The translations under genes and the position numbers were made by a program. The notes beneath the pieces were generated by a model. It ran no database searches. It saw only the letters and a program-made list of their open reading frames with translations, and was not told the origin of the DNA. DNA of 63,181 nt, filler included. It is 5 parts of 5 records of this genome, joined end to end, with 100 filler letters (N's around TTAATTAATTAA, not from the genome) between each part and the next. Parts side by side here need not be neighbours in the genome. Positions count along the whole stretch, not along the records: positions 42,206 to 55,708 come from SRR20825019_3120; positions 55,809 to 63,181 come from SRR20825019_3135; 3 more parts are not named here. One strand, written 5' to 3'. Of the stretch, positions 44,196-57,809 are shown in pieces (position 1 is the first letter of the stretch; each line of letters begins with the position of its first letter).

Positions 44196-45686
44196 ATGAA
44201 ACACGTATTTCTCGGCGTCATTCTCGCCTTATCAGGGGCGAGCTTCCTGCTCTACTTAACCTCACCTAATCGGGCCTCCGATGTGCCCGTGCTCTATTGG
44301 ACCACGCAAAATGACGCGGTGAAACGCGAAACGATTGCCTTGTTCAAAGAATGGCTGAAGGACAACGATCTGCCACCGGTTGACGTCCGCATCGATAATA
44401 CGAATCAGGATGTGACCAAGAAGCTGGCGCAGGGGCTGGCCGGAGTGGGCGCGGATATTATCGATGTGTATCCTAATTTTGCCGCCCAATTCGCTTCGTC
44501 GGGGATGTTGATGGATGTGACGGAGATTGCCCAGGAATATGGTTTTGGTCCGGACAAAACCTATCCGGCCTTGCGCAGCGATATGTTTTACGACGGGAAA
44601 CAATTCGGGTTTCCCCGCAATGCGGGTGCGGCGATGTATTGGATCAACAAAGAAACCTTTGCGCGTTATGGGATTGAGGAGCCCCCGGATCGATGGACCT
44701 GGGATGATTTTGAACGGATTGGAAAGCAGTTTGTGGAGGCGGCCAATCCTGAAGGACAACGGGAGCGGGTCTATTTCCTGAAACCCTCTTCGGGTATCGT
44801 GCCGATGGATGAATTGCAGCGGGGAATGGGCTTGTCGGCCTATAATGAGACCATGACCGAATGCATTTTGGATGACCCTCGGAATGTGGAGGTCATGCGC
44901 CGGATCTACCGTTGGGTCGTGGAGTTGAAACTGATCCCCACGATTGCGGAGGCAAACGCCATGACGGGGGCCTCACCGATTGCGGGAGGCGCGACCTTCT
45001 ATCTGTTTGGAGAGGGCCGTTACGGTATGTTGAACATCCCCCGATGGGCGTTGATTCGCCTGCGGCCGTTGGACAGAAAACTGCAAATGCGGGTGGTGGA
45101 GCCTCCGCACAGCGGATTTCCCAATATTGCCTTCGGATGCGGTGTGATCGCCGGTTACGCCAAGACCGAGTATCCGGAAGAGGTCGCTCGATTTATGCAG
45201 TTTCTGACGAGCGAGCGGTTTAATCTGCTGGTGGCTCGCAGCGGTGACTCGCTGCCTCCGGTGCCCCGCTTTGCGCAGAGTGAAGAGTTTATGTATCCTC
45301 CGGAGCATCCGGAAGAATGGCAATTGGGAGAAGCATTTGCCCGCTCCTCGAAGGAGCTGGGAATCGCAGTCAGCCAAAGTCCCTTCGTGTATCTGGGCGT
45401 GTTTGTGAGAATCGAATTACAGATTCAGCAATCCTTGCTCGCCGGGCGATTGACTCCGGAAGAGGCGGCACGGACCCAGGCGGAATGGATTAACAAGGAG
45501 ATCGCCATCACGATTAAGGAAGATGCCAAGAAGCGTAAACTCTACGAAGAGCTTTTGGAGGTGCAGAAGAAAATTGATGCCAAGAAGGCGGCGAATCTGC
45601 CCATTCCCCGGGAGTGGATTACGAATCCATTTCATCTGACCTACTATGAAGCCAAAGGCATGTTGGAAAAGGAGGATTCGCAATGA
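44196..45686 (+). CDS. Carbohydrate ABC transporter substrate-binding protein
   Basis: N-terminal hydrophobic anchor, YDGKQFGFP..YWINKETF..WTWDDF SBP family-1 pattern; first gene of an overlapping operon. Confidence 0.85.
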   Translation: MKHVFLGVILALSGASFLLYLTSPNRASDVPVLYWTTQNDAVKRETIALFKEWLKDNDLPPVDVRIDNTNQDVTKKLAQGLAGVGADIIDVYPNFAAQFASSGMLMDVTEIAQEYGFGPDKTYPALRSDMFYDGKQFGFPRNAGAAMYWINKETFARYGIEEPPDRWTWDDFERIGKQFVEAANPEGQRERVYFLKPSSGIVPMDELQRGMGLSAYNETMTECILDDPRNVEVMRRIYRWVVELKLIPTIAEANAMTGASPIAGGATFYLFGEGRYGMLNIPRWALIRLRPLDRKLQMRVVEPPHSGFPNIAFGCGVIAGYAKTEYPEEVARFMQFLTSERFNLLVARSGDSLPPVPRFAQSEEFMYPPEHPEEWQLGEAFARSSKELGIAVSQSPFVYLGVFVRIELQIQQSLLAGRLTPEEAARTQAEWINKEIAITIKEDAKKRKLYEELLEVQKKIDAKKAANLPIPREWITNPFHLTYYEAKGMLEKEDSQ

Positions 45687-47164
45687 AGGGTAAATCCAAG
45701 GGACAGCGAATTATGATGGGGGTGATGTTTTTGCTCCCCAATATTCTGGGCTTTCTTGCCTTCACCCTCGTGCCTCTGGTGATGAGTTTCGGTATGTCAT
45801 TTACCGATTGGGATGTGTTGCGGCATAATATCTTTCGGGATGAACCTCTCCGTCTTACCGGTTTGGAGAATTTTGTGCGGCTCTTCAGTCATCCACAGTT
45901 TTGGCAGTATCTGGGCAATACCTTTTATTTGATGCTGGGTTTGCCCTTTTCGATTGCGGGTAGCTTGGGCGCGGCGTTGCTACTGACCAGGGCCAGTAAA
46001 AAACGGCACAATGTGAAGCCTGCCCTGATCATTGCCACGGTGGTGCTGATCACCTGCGGTCTGGTCCTGCTGCAAGGCGGAATGGCCGAGCATCAGGTGT
46101 GGTTGTTCTTTGGGATGCTGGCCGCCATGACCCTCGTTGCCGGGGTGATGACTGGCGGAACGATTTATCGCACACTCTTTTACCTGCCCAGTTTTACGGC
46201 CGGAGTCGCGACCTATGTGTTGTGGAAGAAACTCTACAATCCCACCACCGGTCCGGTGAATCAATCGATGGCTCCGGTGCTGGACGGGCTGTCCTCGTGG
46301 GTGAATACGATGCCGAGTGTCTTTGCCTATGGGTTGCCGCTACTTGGGGGGATCCTTGGCGTGGCGATTGCGTGGTGGCAGGTGCGCCGACTGCGAAATG
46401 CCTGGGATTTAAGTGAGGCGGGCATCGTGGCCATTGTCGCGGGGTTGCTCTCCCTGCTGGTGCCGCTCTGGTTGTGCCTCACCTGGTTGGGCATGGGCCC
46501 ACTGATCGCCTTGCTCGTGGTCTCGGGATGTTTTCTGGCGATTTTGATGTGGCTGTTGAATCGACCGCAGCCATGGGGCAAACCCAAGAATAAGGACAAG
46601 GGCTTGGGCACCGAAGTTGCTCTCGCGCTGGCGTTGATTCCCGTGTTGCTCGTCTTGGCTGCTTCACTGGTAGTCGGACCCAATTTACCGTCATCGGCAA
46701 TGGCCGGCATCGAACCACCTGATTGGTTGGGTAATTATCATTGGGCCAAGCCGGCGCTGATGATTATGATGCTCTGGGCCGCGATCGGTTCAAACAACAT
46801 GGTCCTCTATCTTGCCGGATTGAGTAATATTTCCCCCGAGCTTTACGAAGCGGCGGATATGGATGGAGCGACTTCGAGCCAGCGTTTCTGGCATATCACC
46901 TGGCCGCAGCTTGCGCCGGTGACGTTCTTCATCTCGATCATGAGCGTGATCCACGGCCTGCAGGGTGGTTTCGAAATGGCCAAGACCATGACCCAGGGCG
47001 GACCGGCCGGATCGACCACTACCCTCAGCTACTTTATCTTTATGGAAGGCTTCGAAACCGGTCGTCTTGGCTACGCTTCGGCGGTGGCCTGGGTTCTGTT
47101 TGCACTCGTCTTCGGACTCTCAATTTTCAACTTCCGCTACGGAAATCGCCATGTCTCCGATTAA
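45683..47164 (+). CDS. Carbohydrate ABC permease (MalF-like) with large hydrophobic insertions
   Basis: ELYEAADMDGA..QRFWHITWP EAA motif and YRTLFYLP; 493 aa. Confidence 0.88.
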   Translation: MKGKSKGQRIMMGVMFLLPNILGFLAFTLVPLVMSFGMSFTDWDVLRHNIFRDEPLRLTGLENFVRLFSHPQFWQYLGNTFYLMLGLPFSIAGSLGAALLLTRASKKRHNVKPALIIATVVLITCGLVLLQGGMAEHQVWLFFGMLAAMTLVAGVMTGGTIYRTLFYLPSFTAGVATYVLWKKLYNPTTGPVNQSMAPVLDGLSSWVNTMPSVFAYGLPLLGGILGVAIAWWQVRRLRNAWDLSEAGIVAIVAGLLSLLVPLWLCLTWLGMGPLIALLVVSGCFLAILMWLLNRPQPWGKPKNKDKGLGTEVALALALIPVLLVLAASLVVGPNLPSSAMAGIEPPDWLGNYHWAKPALMIMMLWAAIGSNNMVLYLAGLSNISPELYEAADMDGATSSQRFWHITWPQLAPVTFFISIMSVIHGLQGGFEMAKTMTQGGPAGSTTTLSYFIFMEGFETGRLGYASAVAWVLFALVFGLSIFNFRYGNRHVSD

Positions 47165-47984
47165 AAAGAAAGAAAAGAAAGAACGGGGACTCGCCCTGCA
47201 CGGCTTCATGGTCGCGTTGAGTCTGATGATGATCATGCCGTTTATGTGGATGTTCCTGACGAGCTTCAAGACCCTGCAGGAGGTCGGCGATCCGGATTGG
47301 ATGCCTGCGATCTTTCAGTGGCGGAACTATCTCGAGGTGTTTCACGTGATCCCCTTTTTCCGGTTCATGAGCAACAGCTTGGTGGTTGCCGGCTGGGCTA
47401 CCTTGTTGCAGGTGGTGACAAGTGCGATGGCCGCCTTTAGCTTTTCACGACTGGATTGGCCGGGGCGCGACCGGGTGTTTTTTCTTTATCTCGGCACGAT
47501 GATGCTCCCGGGCTTGGTGATGCTGATTCCGAATTTCGAGAACATGGTGAAATTCGGATTGGTGGATACCTATCTGGGGTTGATTCTGCCGGCGGCTTTT
47601 AGCGCGTTTGGCACCTTTTTGCTGCGGCAATTTATGTTGGGGATTCCCAAGGCGTTGGACGAGGCCGCGGAAATGGATGGTGCGACCAAATGGCAGGTGT
47701 TTTGGAATGTGATTATGCCTCTGAGCCGGCCCGGACTGATTACCTTGGCCATCTTCACCTTCATTGGGAATTTCCAGAGCTTCTTTTGGCCACTGGTGAT
47801 GACCAAGAGCATTGATAAATACACTTTGCCGGTCGGCTTGCTTTTCTTTGACAGCGAGCGTGGTCAGGCAACGCATCTGCTCATGGCCGGTGTCACGATG
47901 TCAGTGGTGCCTCTGATCATCGTTTTCGTGATTCTACAGCGTCAGCTGATTCAGGGTATCCAGTTGGGTGGGGTGAAAGGCTGA
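47151..47984 (+). CDS. Carbohydrate ABC permease (MalG-like)
   Basis: IPKALDEAAEMDGA..VFWNVIMPLSRP EAA motif; ATG at 47151. Confidence 0.9.
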   Translation: MSPIKKKEKKERGLALHGFMVALSLMMIMPFMWMFLTSFKTLQEVGDPDWMPAIFQWRNYLEVFHVIPFFRFMSNSLVVAGWATLLQVVTSAMAAFSFSRLDWPGRDRVFFLYLGTMMLPGLVMLIPNFENMVKFGLVDTYLGLILPAAFSAFGTFLLRQFMLGIPKALDEAAEMDGATKWQVFWNVIMPLSRPGLITLAIFTFIGNFQSFFWPLVMTKSIDKYTLPVGLLFFDSERGQATHLLMAGVTMSVVPLIIVFVILQRQLIQGIQLGGVKG

Positions 47985-47990
47985 ACCGGC

Positions 47991-51419
<3,429 letters not shown>

Positions 51420-51602
51420 TGAATATCTGTGAAAGCGGAAAACATGATGCGAGGCTCCAAGGAAAGTGACAGGGGCGCTTCATGACGCAACCGCTGACAT
51501 GCCATATTTTTCAGGGAGTTAGCCATAGGGGAATTTGAACTGTGGAGACTTATTTATCAATCGAAGGTGGCCGATATTGATTGGAGTGATCATCCTCCGG
51601 AT

Positions 51603-51860
51603 ATGAATATAGAGATGGATAAAGAAACCAAAGCCCTCATTTTGGCTTCGCTGCGACGCTACGCCCGTGAAGAGTTGGAAGTGGAGATAAGCGAAATGCG
51701 ATCGGGATTCCTGCTTGATTACATCCAATCGGAGATTGCGCCACTGGCCTACAATCGAGGGGTGAAGGATGCCGAAGATTTTTTTCGGGCCCGGGTCGAA
51801 GATCTCGGCGCGACCTGTTACGAAGATCCGCTCACGTATTGGCTGCCAGAGCGGAAGTGA
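51603..51860 (+). CDS. DUF2164-family small protein
   Basis: SLRRY..EELE......FLLDYI..EIAP..YNRGV.DA pattern. Confidence 0.7.
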   Translation: MNIEMDKETKALILASLRRYAREELEVEISEMRSGFLLDYIQSEIAPLAYNRGVKDAEDFFRARVEDLGATCYEDPLTYWLPERK

Positions 51861-52938
51861 GCCGATTCTCCTGAGCATTTTCGCGGAGAGTGGGGCCGTC
51901 AACCCAGAGCCCGCTCACCATCACCGTGCGCGGATTTTCAGGCAGACCGCGTTCATTGCGATGAATTTGAGCGGCCAGCGTTTCGACGGCCACGATGCCG
52001 TGTAATTCCGGCCGGAGATCCAAACCGGCGCAGGAGAGTTTCCGTTCATTCCAGTTCAGGTTGAAGAAACTCAAATCTTGGGGGATGGAAATCCCGGCTT
52101 CTTTGAACCAGATGATGGCCTGATCGACATGGCCGATGATTAGGTCGGGCTGATGGGTATGATACCACTCCAACATTTCCTCCCGGATGATGGTTTTTCG
52201 CATCAAGACAGGGAGCCTGCCGATCCCCCCCTGGTTTTCCTGAAATGAACGAAATGCTGCCGACCACTTGTGCACCAATCGCTCATCCTTATGTTGGGCA
52301 ATAAACATGCCGAGTCGTCGATAGCCGATGGATTTCAGGCGATCGAGGGCCGACGTCAGGGTGAAGTGATGATCAAGCGATACGGCGTGATGGATCATCT
52401 TGGCTGAGTTGAAATCAATATGCAGCGAAGCAAAGTGTTCCCAGGGAAAGCCATTGGTCGCGTGATTCGAATTGGGCTGGAGAAATATGACCCCAAGGGT
52501 GCCCCGTGCATGGAGCATTCGGCCTAATGAAGCCGCCGACTTCGATTCGTCTTTTCCCAAACTGAACAGATCCAGATGAAACCCCAATTCTCCAGCCCGG
52601 GCGATGGCGCCATCGATGATGGATTGTTGCATCGGCAGGATGTCCGGTTGTTCCGGTGAGGGGATGTGCACGATCGCAAGGTTGCCAATGAAACTGTTGG
52701 CCCGATCACCGCGCACATGTGACATCAGATTGCTGACTAACTGATTGCGCTTATAGCCGAATTTCTCGGCGGTGCCTGTCACCAGTTCCCGGATGGGGGC
52801 ACTGACATTGGGATGCCCGGAGAGGGCCCGCGATGCCGTTGCAGATGATACACCACATTTTTCCGCCAATGCTCGGAGAGTTATTTTTTGCGAATTTTGC
52901 AACGCTTCCAATTCAGCGGAGGCGACAAAGGGGGACAA
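51832..52938 (-). CDS. LacI-family transcriptional regulator (Opitutales type)
   Basis: TLRALAEKCGVSSATASRALSG HTH; C-terminal ERGLP..PRTVMV.G.WVDGPTL typical of Verrucomicrobial LacI proteins. Confidence 0.88.
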   Translation of the reverse strand: MSPFVASAELEALQNSQKITLRALAEKCGVSSATASRALSGHPNVSAPIRELVTGTAEKFGYKRNQLVSNLMSHVRGDRANSFIGNLAIVHIPSPEQPDILPMQQSIIDGAIARAGELGFHLDLFSLGKDESKSAASLGRMLHARGTLGVIFLQPNSNHATNGFPWEHFASLHIDFNSAKMIHHAVSLDHHFTLTSALDRLKSIGYRRLGMFIAQHKDERLVHKWSAAFRSFQENQGGIGRLPVLMRKTIIREEMLEWYHTHQPDLIIGHVDQAIIWFKEAGISIPQDLSFFNLNWNERKLSCAGLDLRPELHGIVAVETLAAQIHRNERGLPENPRTVMVSGLWVDGPTLRENAQENRLTSALAANT

Positions 52939-52990
52939 GTTTCTTTTTAGTGAATTATCTCTTTTATAGAGATGCTATATAAGAACCTTA

Positions 52991-53016
52991 TGTTGTAGGT
53001 GTTAATACCTATAACA
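52991..53016. promoter_or_regulatory. 26-bp near-perfect palindrome, probable operator between the divergent lacI-like gene and the TonB receptor
   Basis: TGTTGTAGGTGTT|AATACCTATAACA: 11 of 13 half-site positions complementary. Confidence 0.6.
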
Positions 53017-53158
53017 AAAGTAGAGTAATCCCCTCAGACCCCTAATCCACTTTCGGAATGCCCCTTTTTGAAGATGAAGCACACGCACCACGCGTAGGTG
53101 CTTCGTTTTTTCATTTGACCTCATTGTTGCGGGGAAATCCGAAACAATAAACATAAAC

Positions 53159-55708
53159 ATGAACATCCCCCGTATCAAACCTCTGCACAGAGCCAAGCGC
53201 AGCTTGGTCACCTGTTTTGCCATGCTGTTTGTCTTCACTGTGTCGACGGGCACAGCGGCCGACGCCAGTATGAAAGATCTCCAGGCGGAGAATGCCGCCC
53301 TTCGCCAACAGAATGCCGAACTGCAAAGACGTTTCGCCGAATTGGAGGCTCGATTGGGAGCTGCTGATAAACCGGCCGCAAACCAGTCCTTTTCCCGATC
53401 CAGCCCGACTCAATCGGCGTCTTCGGATGAAACATCGTCAGATTCTTCATCCCCGTCCCTGGACACAGATGAAGGTGTCCAAGTCATGTCGGCCTTCGAG
53501 GTCGCCAGCGACAAGGACTATGGTTATCTGAAAACCAACGCGGCTACGGCGACCCGCATCGGCATGGAAATCCAAAAAGTGCCGATGAATGTCTCCGTGG
53601 TCTCACGGGAGTTTATCGATGACACCAATGCGCGCTCCCTGATGGACTTGTTGCGCTACACGGCCTCTGCGGCGGGAGACACCCGCTACGCGATGCGTCG
53701 TCCCGGTAATGAAGCGACTCCTCAAGGTCGCTTCACGATGCGCGGATTCCCGGTTAACACGCTGATGCGCAACGGAATATTCCGCTACATTGCCTACAAT
53801 ATGGACAGTGTGGATCGCGTTGAAGTGGTCAAGGGGCCGGCCGCGGTCTTCTTTGGTCAAGGCTACCCCGGTGGTGTGATCAATTACGTCACCAAACAGC
53901 CTGTTTTTGCGAAGACTCCCACGACCTTCAAATATACTTTGAACGATAACAGCGGCCAGAAAATGGTGGCTGATATCAATCTTCTTTTGTCGAAAAAAGC
54001 CGCCTTTCGGATGGTCGGTGCCTGGGAAGATACCCAAGGGGACCGACGTTTCGAGTTTCGCAAGAATGTTAATCTGACGCCGAGCCTGACCGTGATTCCT
54101 TTTGAGAGCGGTAAGCTGAAGGTAAACGCCGAATTCGAATACCTTCGTGAAAGCTTCAATCAAAATGATTACGACTGGATTTATTCCGACTTTGCCGGTT
54201 GGAAAGCGGCAGCAGTGGGCAGTTCCAAGGTCGTGGATTCGGTGAACACACCGAGCCTTTCCTATATCAACTATATTCGGGCTCTTCGTAATTCGAGCGG
54301 GGATCAAAGCATGCCTGCTTATACCAGTGTTGATCGCGGTGCCTATTATACCGATGCCTCGGGTAACTTCATTCAGGATGAAGCCTTCAACTACACCAGC
54401 CGTGGTGCGCGCACCATGAATGATGTCAATGTGTTTACTACGACCGTTGATTTCGCGCCGTTTGACTGGCTGGAAGGCCGTTATGTTTATCAACATGACA
54501 ACAGCCGTTTCAATAGTATCGAAGGCGTGACCACACCTTATGCTGATGGAGTGCACTGGAATGTGGGGCGGAGCGCGACAGCTGGTTACTATAAACTGAA
54601 TGATACGCATCAGCTCGATCTGATCTTCAAATTCGAGACGGGCGGGATTAAGCACAAGATCCTGACAGGCTATAATACTTCGAAGTATACCCAGAATTAC
54701 TATTCGCACGACAATCGATTCAATCCTTATTACGGACATGTTCCCGGGGCGACCAACGCGATTGCCAATCCGGGCTATGGGACCACGGGCGGCACTCAAG
54801 TAGCCGATAACCTCGTTGGGGAGGGCCGTGGACACGACACCGGTGTGCCTGTCACCAATGCAGTTGTTCGTGATCGCGATGGTAACATCAAGTTGGTCAA
54901 GGCCGTTTACAGTGACTTTGACCCCGGTTACGAAGTTTACCCAACGATCGACAAGCTGTTCCCGTTGGATCGCGCTTGGTTGGATGGTTACAAACCCATC
55001 TCGACCGCTGCTTACCTCAACTATCAGGCCGCGCTCCTTGACGACCGCCTCAACGTAATCGCGGGATTCCGTCGTCAATGGCAGGAAGAAAAGGGACAGT
55101 ATCTAGTGTCCAATTACCCTTGGTATGTGGTCCCGGAAGATGCCTGGAGAGATCCGGTTACTTACCCTGCCAACGAGTGGGGCTACGGTGCCAACTACAT
55201 CAAGACGCTCCGCGTTTACAAACGTCATGGCGACGCTTGGATGGCCGGTGCTTCCTTTGCGGTCACGGATGAAATCAGCCTCTATAGTTCGGTTTCGAAA
55301 ACATTCCAATTCAACATTGGCAACGTCGGCGGTGTCTTCGTGGGCAATGAGCGTCCAGTGGTGCAGAGCGCCTTGGATCAGAATGGCGGCTCCTTCCAAT
55401 ACCTCGGCACTACGGTGACTTCGGTCGATCAGTTTGTTGAGATTCAACGGGCCCGGGGCGCTTACGATGTGATCAAGGATGAAACCGGCTACAACTGGGA
55501 AATCGGAGCGAAGATGAGCTCATCGGATAACAAGATTGTCGGCACCGTTTCCTTTTTCCGCGGTGAGCGGACCAACCAAATGTTGGATGATGGCGCCAAA
55601 CAGTCGAATCTTGAAGAGCCTCTCAACTACAACACGACGCTCTTTGCTCCGGGCACCACTGGTTATAACACGCGTGTTTTCCGCTGGCGCACCACCGATC
55701 TGAAGAAC
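53159..55708 (+). CDS. TonB-dependent outer-membrane receptor (3'-truncated)
   Basis: Signal peptide, VMSAFEV box, plug domain ATRIG..IQKVPMNVSVVSREFIDD and DRVEVVKGPAAVFFG..PGGVINY, then beta-barrel strands. Confidence 0.92.
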
Positions 55709-55808
55709 NNNNNNNNNNNNNNNNNNNNNNNNNNNNNNNNNNNNNNNNNNNNTTAATTAATTAANNNNNNNNNNNNNNNNNNNNNNNNNNNNNNNNNNNN
55801 NNNNNNNN
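55709..55808. other. Artificial contig-joining linker
   Basis: Same 44N-TTAATTAATTAA-44N spacer. Confidence 0.98.
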
Positions 55809-56336
55809 CATGCCCATGCCGCCGCGCATGCCCGCGCCGACCCCCGTCTGCCCGGTATGAAACAGCGCGATGCCGCCTTCTTCCTCAATGACCTCGTAGA
55901 GCCCGTAGGCCGACCGATCGTTGGGATAGAAGCCCTGATAGGTCGGATGAAACTTGAAGCCGCGCACGCCGTGATCGCGGATCAGGCTCTTCGCCTCGCG
56001 AATGCCGAGCTTGCCCTTGGCCGGATCGATGGAGGCGAAGGGGATCATGATGTCGCTGTTCTTCGCGGCGATTTCCGTCACTTCGTAATTGGAGTAGCGC
56101 CGGAATCCGGTTTCGCGTTCGGCATCGACGGGAAAGATGATGCAGCCGATCTTGCGCTCGCGGAAATAGGCGGCAGTTTCCTCCACGGTCGGCAGCATGC
56201 CGTCCTGCCCCGCGGGATTCCTGAAATACTTCGCCATGCCGGCCTGGAATTCGAGATAGCCGTCGTCACGATGGGTGCAGCACGGCTCCTCCGCATGGAC
56301 ATGGACGTCGAAGGCGATCAGGTCATCGAAATTCAT
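55809..56336 (-). CDS. Amidohydrolase-2 family protein, probable hydroxyphenyl-beta-ketoacyl-CoA hydrolase (CouO-like), 3'-truncated
   Basis: DVHVH metal motif, GFKFHP, LFHTGQTG; ATGA-coupled to marR; context of fcs/crotonase/SDR genes. Confidence 0.75.
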
Positions 56337-56815
56337 GGGTCCTCTTGCGCCTCCAGTCCACAATAGCGTTTGAGCAGATGCGCGAGCGTGGCGGCCTCGT
56401 CCGCGCTCAGGCAATGGCTGTTGTAGGCTTCTTCTCCAAAGAAATTGCCGCGATTGGCGGCAATAAACGCCTCGCCCTTCTCCGTCAGCCTGAGCAGCAC
56501 GGACCGGCGGTCGTGATCGGGAATCTCCCTTTCGATCAGACCCTGATCCTCGAACCGGCGCACCGTCTTGGTCATGTGGGCGGGTTTGATCCGCAATGTG
56601 TGGGCGAGCAGGCCCTGCTTGATGCCGGGGTTCAGGTGGATGAGCCAGAGCATGGAAAACTCGCCGGGACGCAGATCGTCGGCGCCGAAGCGTTCGTAGA
56701 ACTGATCGTAGACGCGCACCTGGGCCACGCGCAGCAGAAAACCGAGCGAGGCATTGAGCTCGCCGAGTTTGACCTCATCGGTGATGTGCGGCGAAAGACG
56801 CGGTTCCTGTCCCAT
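56333..56815 (-). CDS. MarR-family repressor (CouR/FerC/HcaR-like)
   Basis: Winged HTH ending DRRSVLLRLTEKG; ATG 56815 after GGAGG. Confidence 0.88.
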   Translation of the reverse strand: MGQEPRLSPHITDEVKLGELNASLGFLLRVAQVRVYDQFYERFGADDLRPGEFSMLWLIHLNPGIKQGLLAHTLRIKPAHMTKTVRRFEDQGLIEREIPDHDRRSVLLRLTEKGEAFIAANRGNFFGEEAYNSHCLSADEAATLAHLLKRYCGLEAQEDP

Positions 56816-56816
56816 C

Positions 56817-57611
56817 TCAGCCTCCACCGGGCGCTGCCACCTTGGCGGCGCGCTTTTCGAGGAAGGCGGTCAGCCGCTCCTCGGCCTCGGGCGAGGTGGC
56901 GGTAAAGGCGGAAACGAAGCTCTCCATCAAGAGGCCGTCGTCGCGACCCATCTCGCGCATGCGCGGCAGGGCGTTGATGATCGCATAGTTGGAGAGTTCC
57001 GCATTCGAGGCGGCCCTCGTTGCCAGTTCCACCGCCTTTTCGACGGCTCTGCCGGCGGGGACGACATATTGCGCGAGATTCCAGTTTTCGCCGGTCGCAG
57101 CGTCGATCGAGCGGCCCGTCAGCATCATGTCCATCATCCGCGCCACACCCATCAGCCGCGCGGTGCGCACCGAGCCACCGCCGCCGACGAAGATGCCGCG
57201 CTGGCCCTCCGGCAGCGCGAAGAAGGCGGTCTCGTCGGCAACCCGCACCTGCGCGGCGGACGCAAGCTCCAGCCCGCCGCCGACAACGGCGCCGTGCAGC
57301 GCGCAGAACCATGGAATCGGGCCGAATTCGATCCGGCCGAAGACCTCATGCCAGCGGCGCGAGCTCTGCACACCCTCGAAGGCGGATTTCTTCACATGTT
57401 CGGAAAGGTCCAGTCCGGCGCAGAAATGCCTGCCATTGCCGAAGATCACGCCGGCCTTGGCCTCATGCCGCGCCCGTTCGATGGCTGTCGCCAGCGCTTC
57501 GACAAACCTGTCGCTGATCGCATTGCGCTTTTCCGGACGGTTGAGCCCGAGAAGCGCGACATCGCCGCGCATTTCAAAGGTTACCGGATCAGCCGTATTC
57601 CCTGTCGTCAC
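56817..57611 (-). CDS. Enoyl-CoA hydratase (crotonase family), hydroxycinnamoyl-CoA hydratase candidate
   Basis: LNRPEKRNA, FCAGLDL, GGGLELA, LPEGQRGIF; GTG start 57611 after AAGGA. Confidence 0.9.
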   Translation of the reverse strand: MTTGNTADPVTFEMRGDVALLGLNRPEKRNAISDRFVEALATAIERARHEAKAGVIFGNGRHFCAGLDLSEHVKKSAFEGVQSSRRWHEVFGRIEFGPIPWFCALHGAVVGGGLELASAAQVRVADETAFFALPEGQRGIFVGGGGSVRTARLMGVARMMDMMLTGRSIDAATGENWNLAQYVVPAGRAVEKAVELATRAASNAELSNYAIINALPRMREMGRDDGLLMESFVSAFTATSPEAEERLTAFLEKRAAKVAAPGGG

Positions 57612-57647
57612 TGCAGACTTCCTTATTGCGTATTCCGATTTTATCCA

Positions 57648-57700
57648 TACGAGAAAATATTTTCCTTGTAAACAATACACAAGAAAACTGTATAGTATGA
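57648..57700. promoter_or_regulatory. AT-rich divergent promoter with dyad elements, probable MarR operator
   Basis: Perfect palindrome GAAAATATTTTC (57653-57664) inside TACGAGAAAATATTTTCCTTGTA, overlapping the inverted repeat TTTCCTTGT...ACAAGAAA. Confidence 0.5.
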
Positions 57701-57809
57701 AATTACCCGGACGGCGTCAGCGCCGAAGGCCGGACAGGCATGACTTCAGAGGGAACAGGTCTTTTCGCAATCAGGGCTGGTCGGGTAAGCGGAAAATCGA
57801 GGAGGGGCC

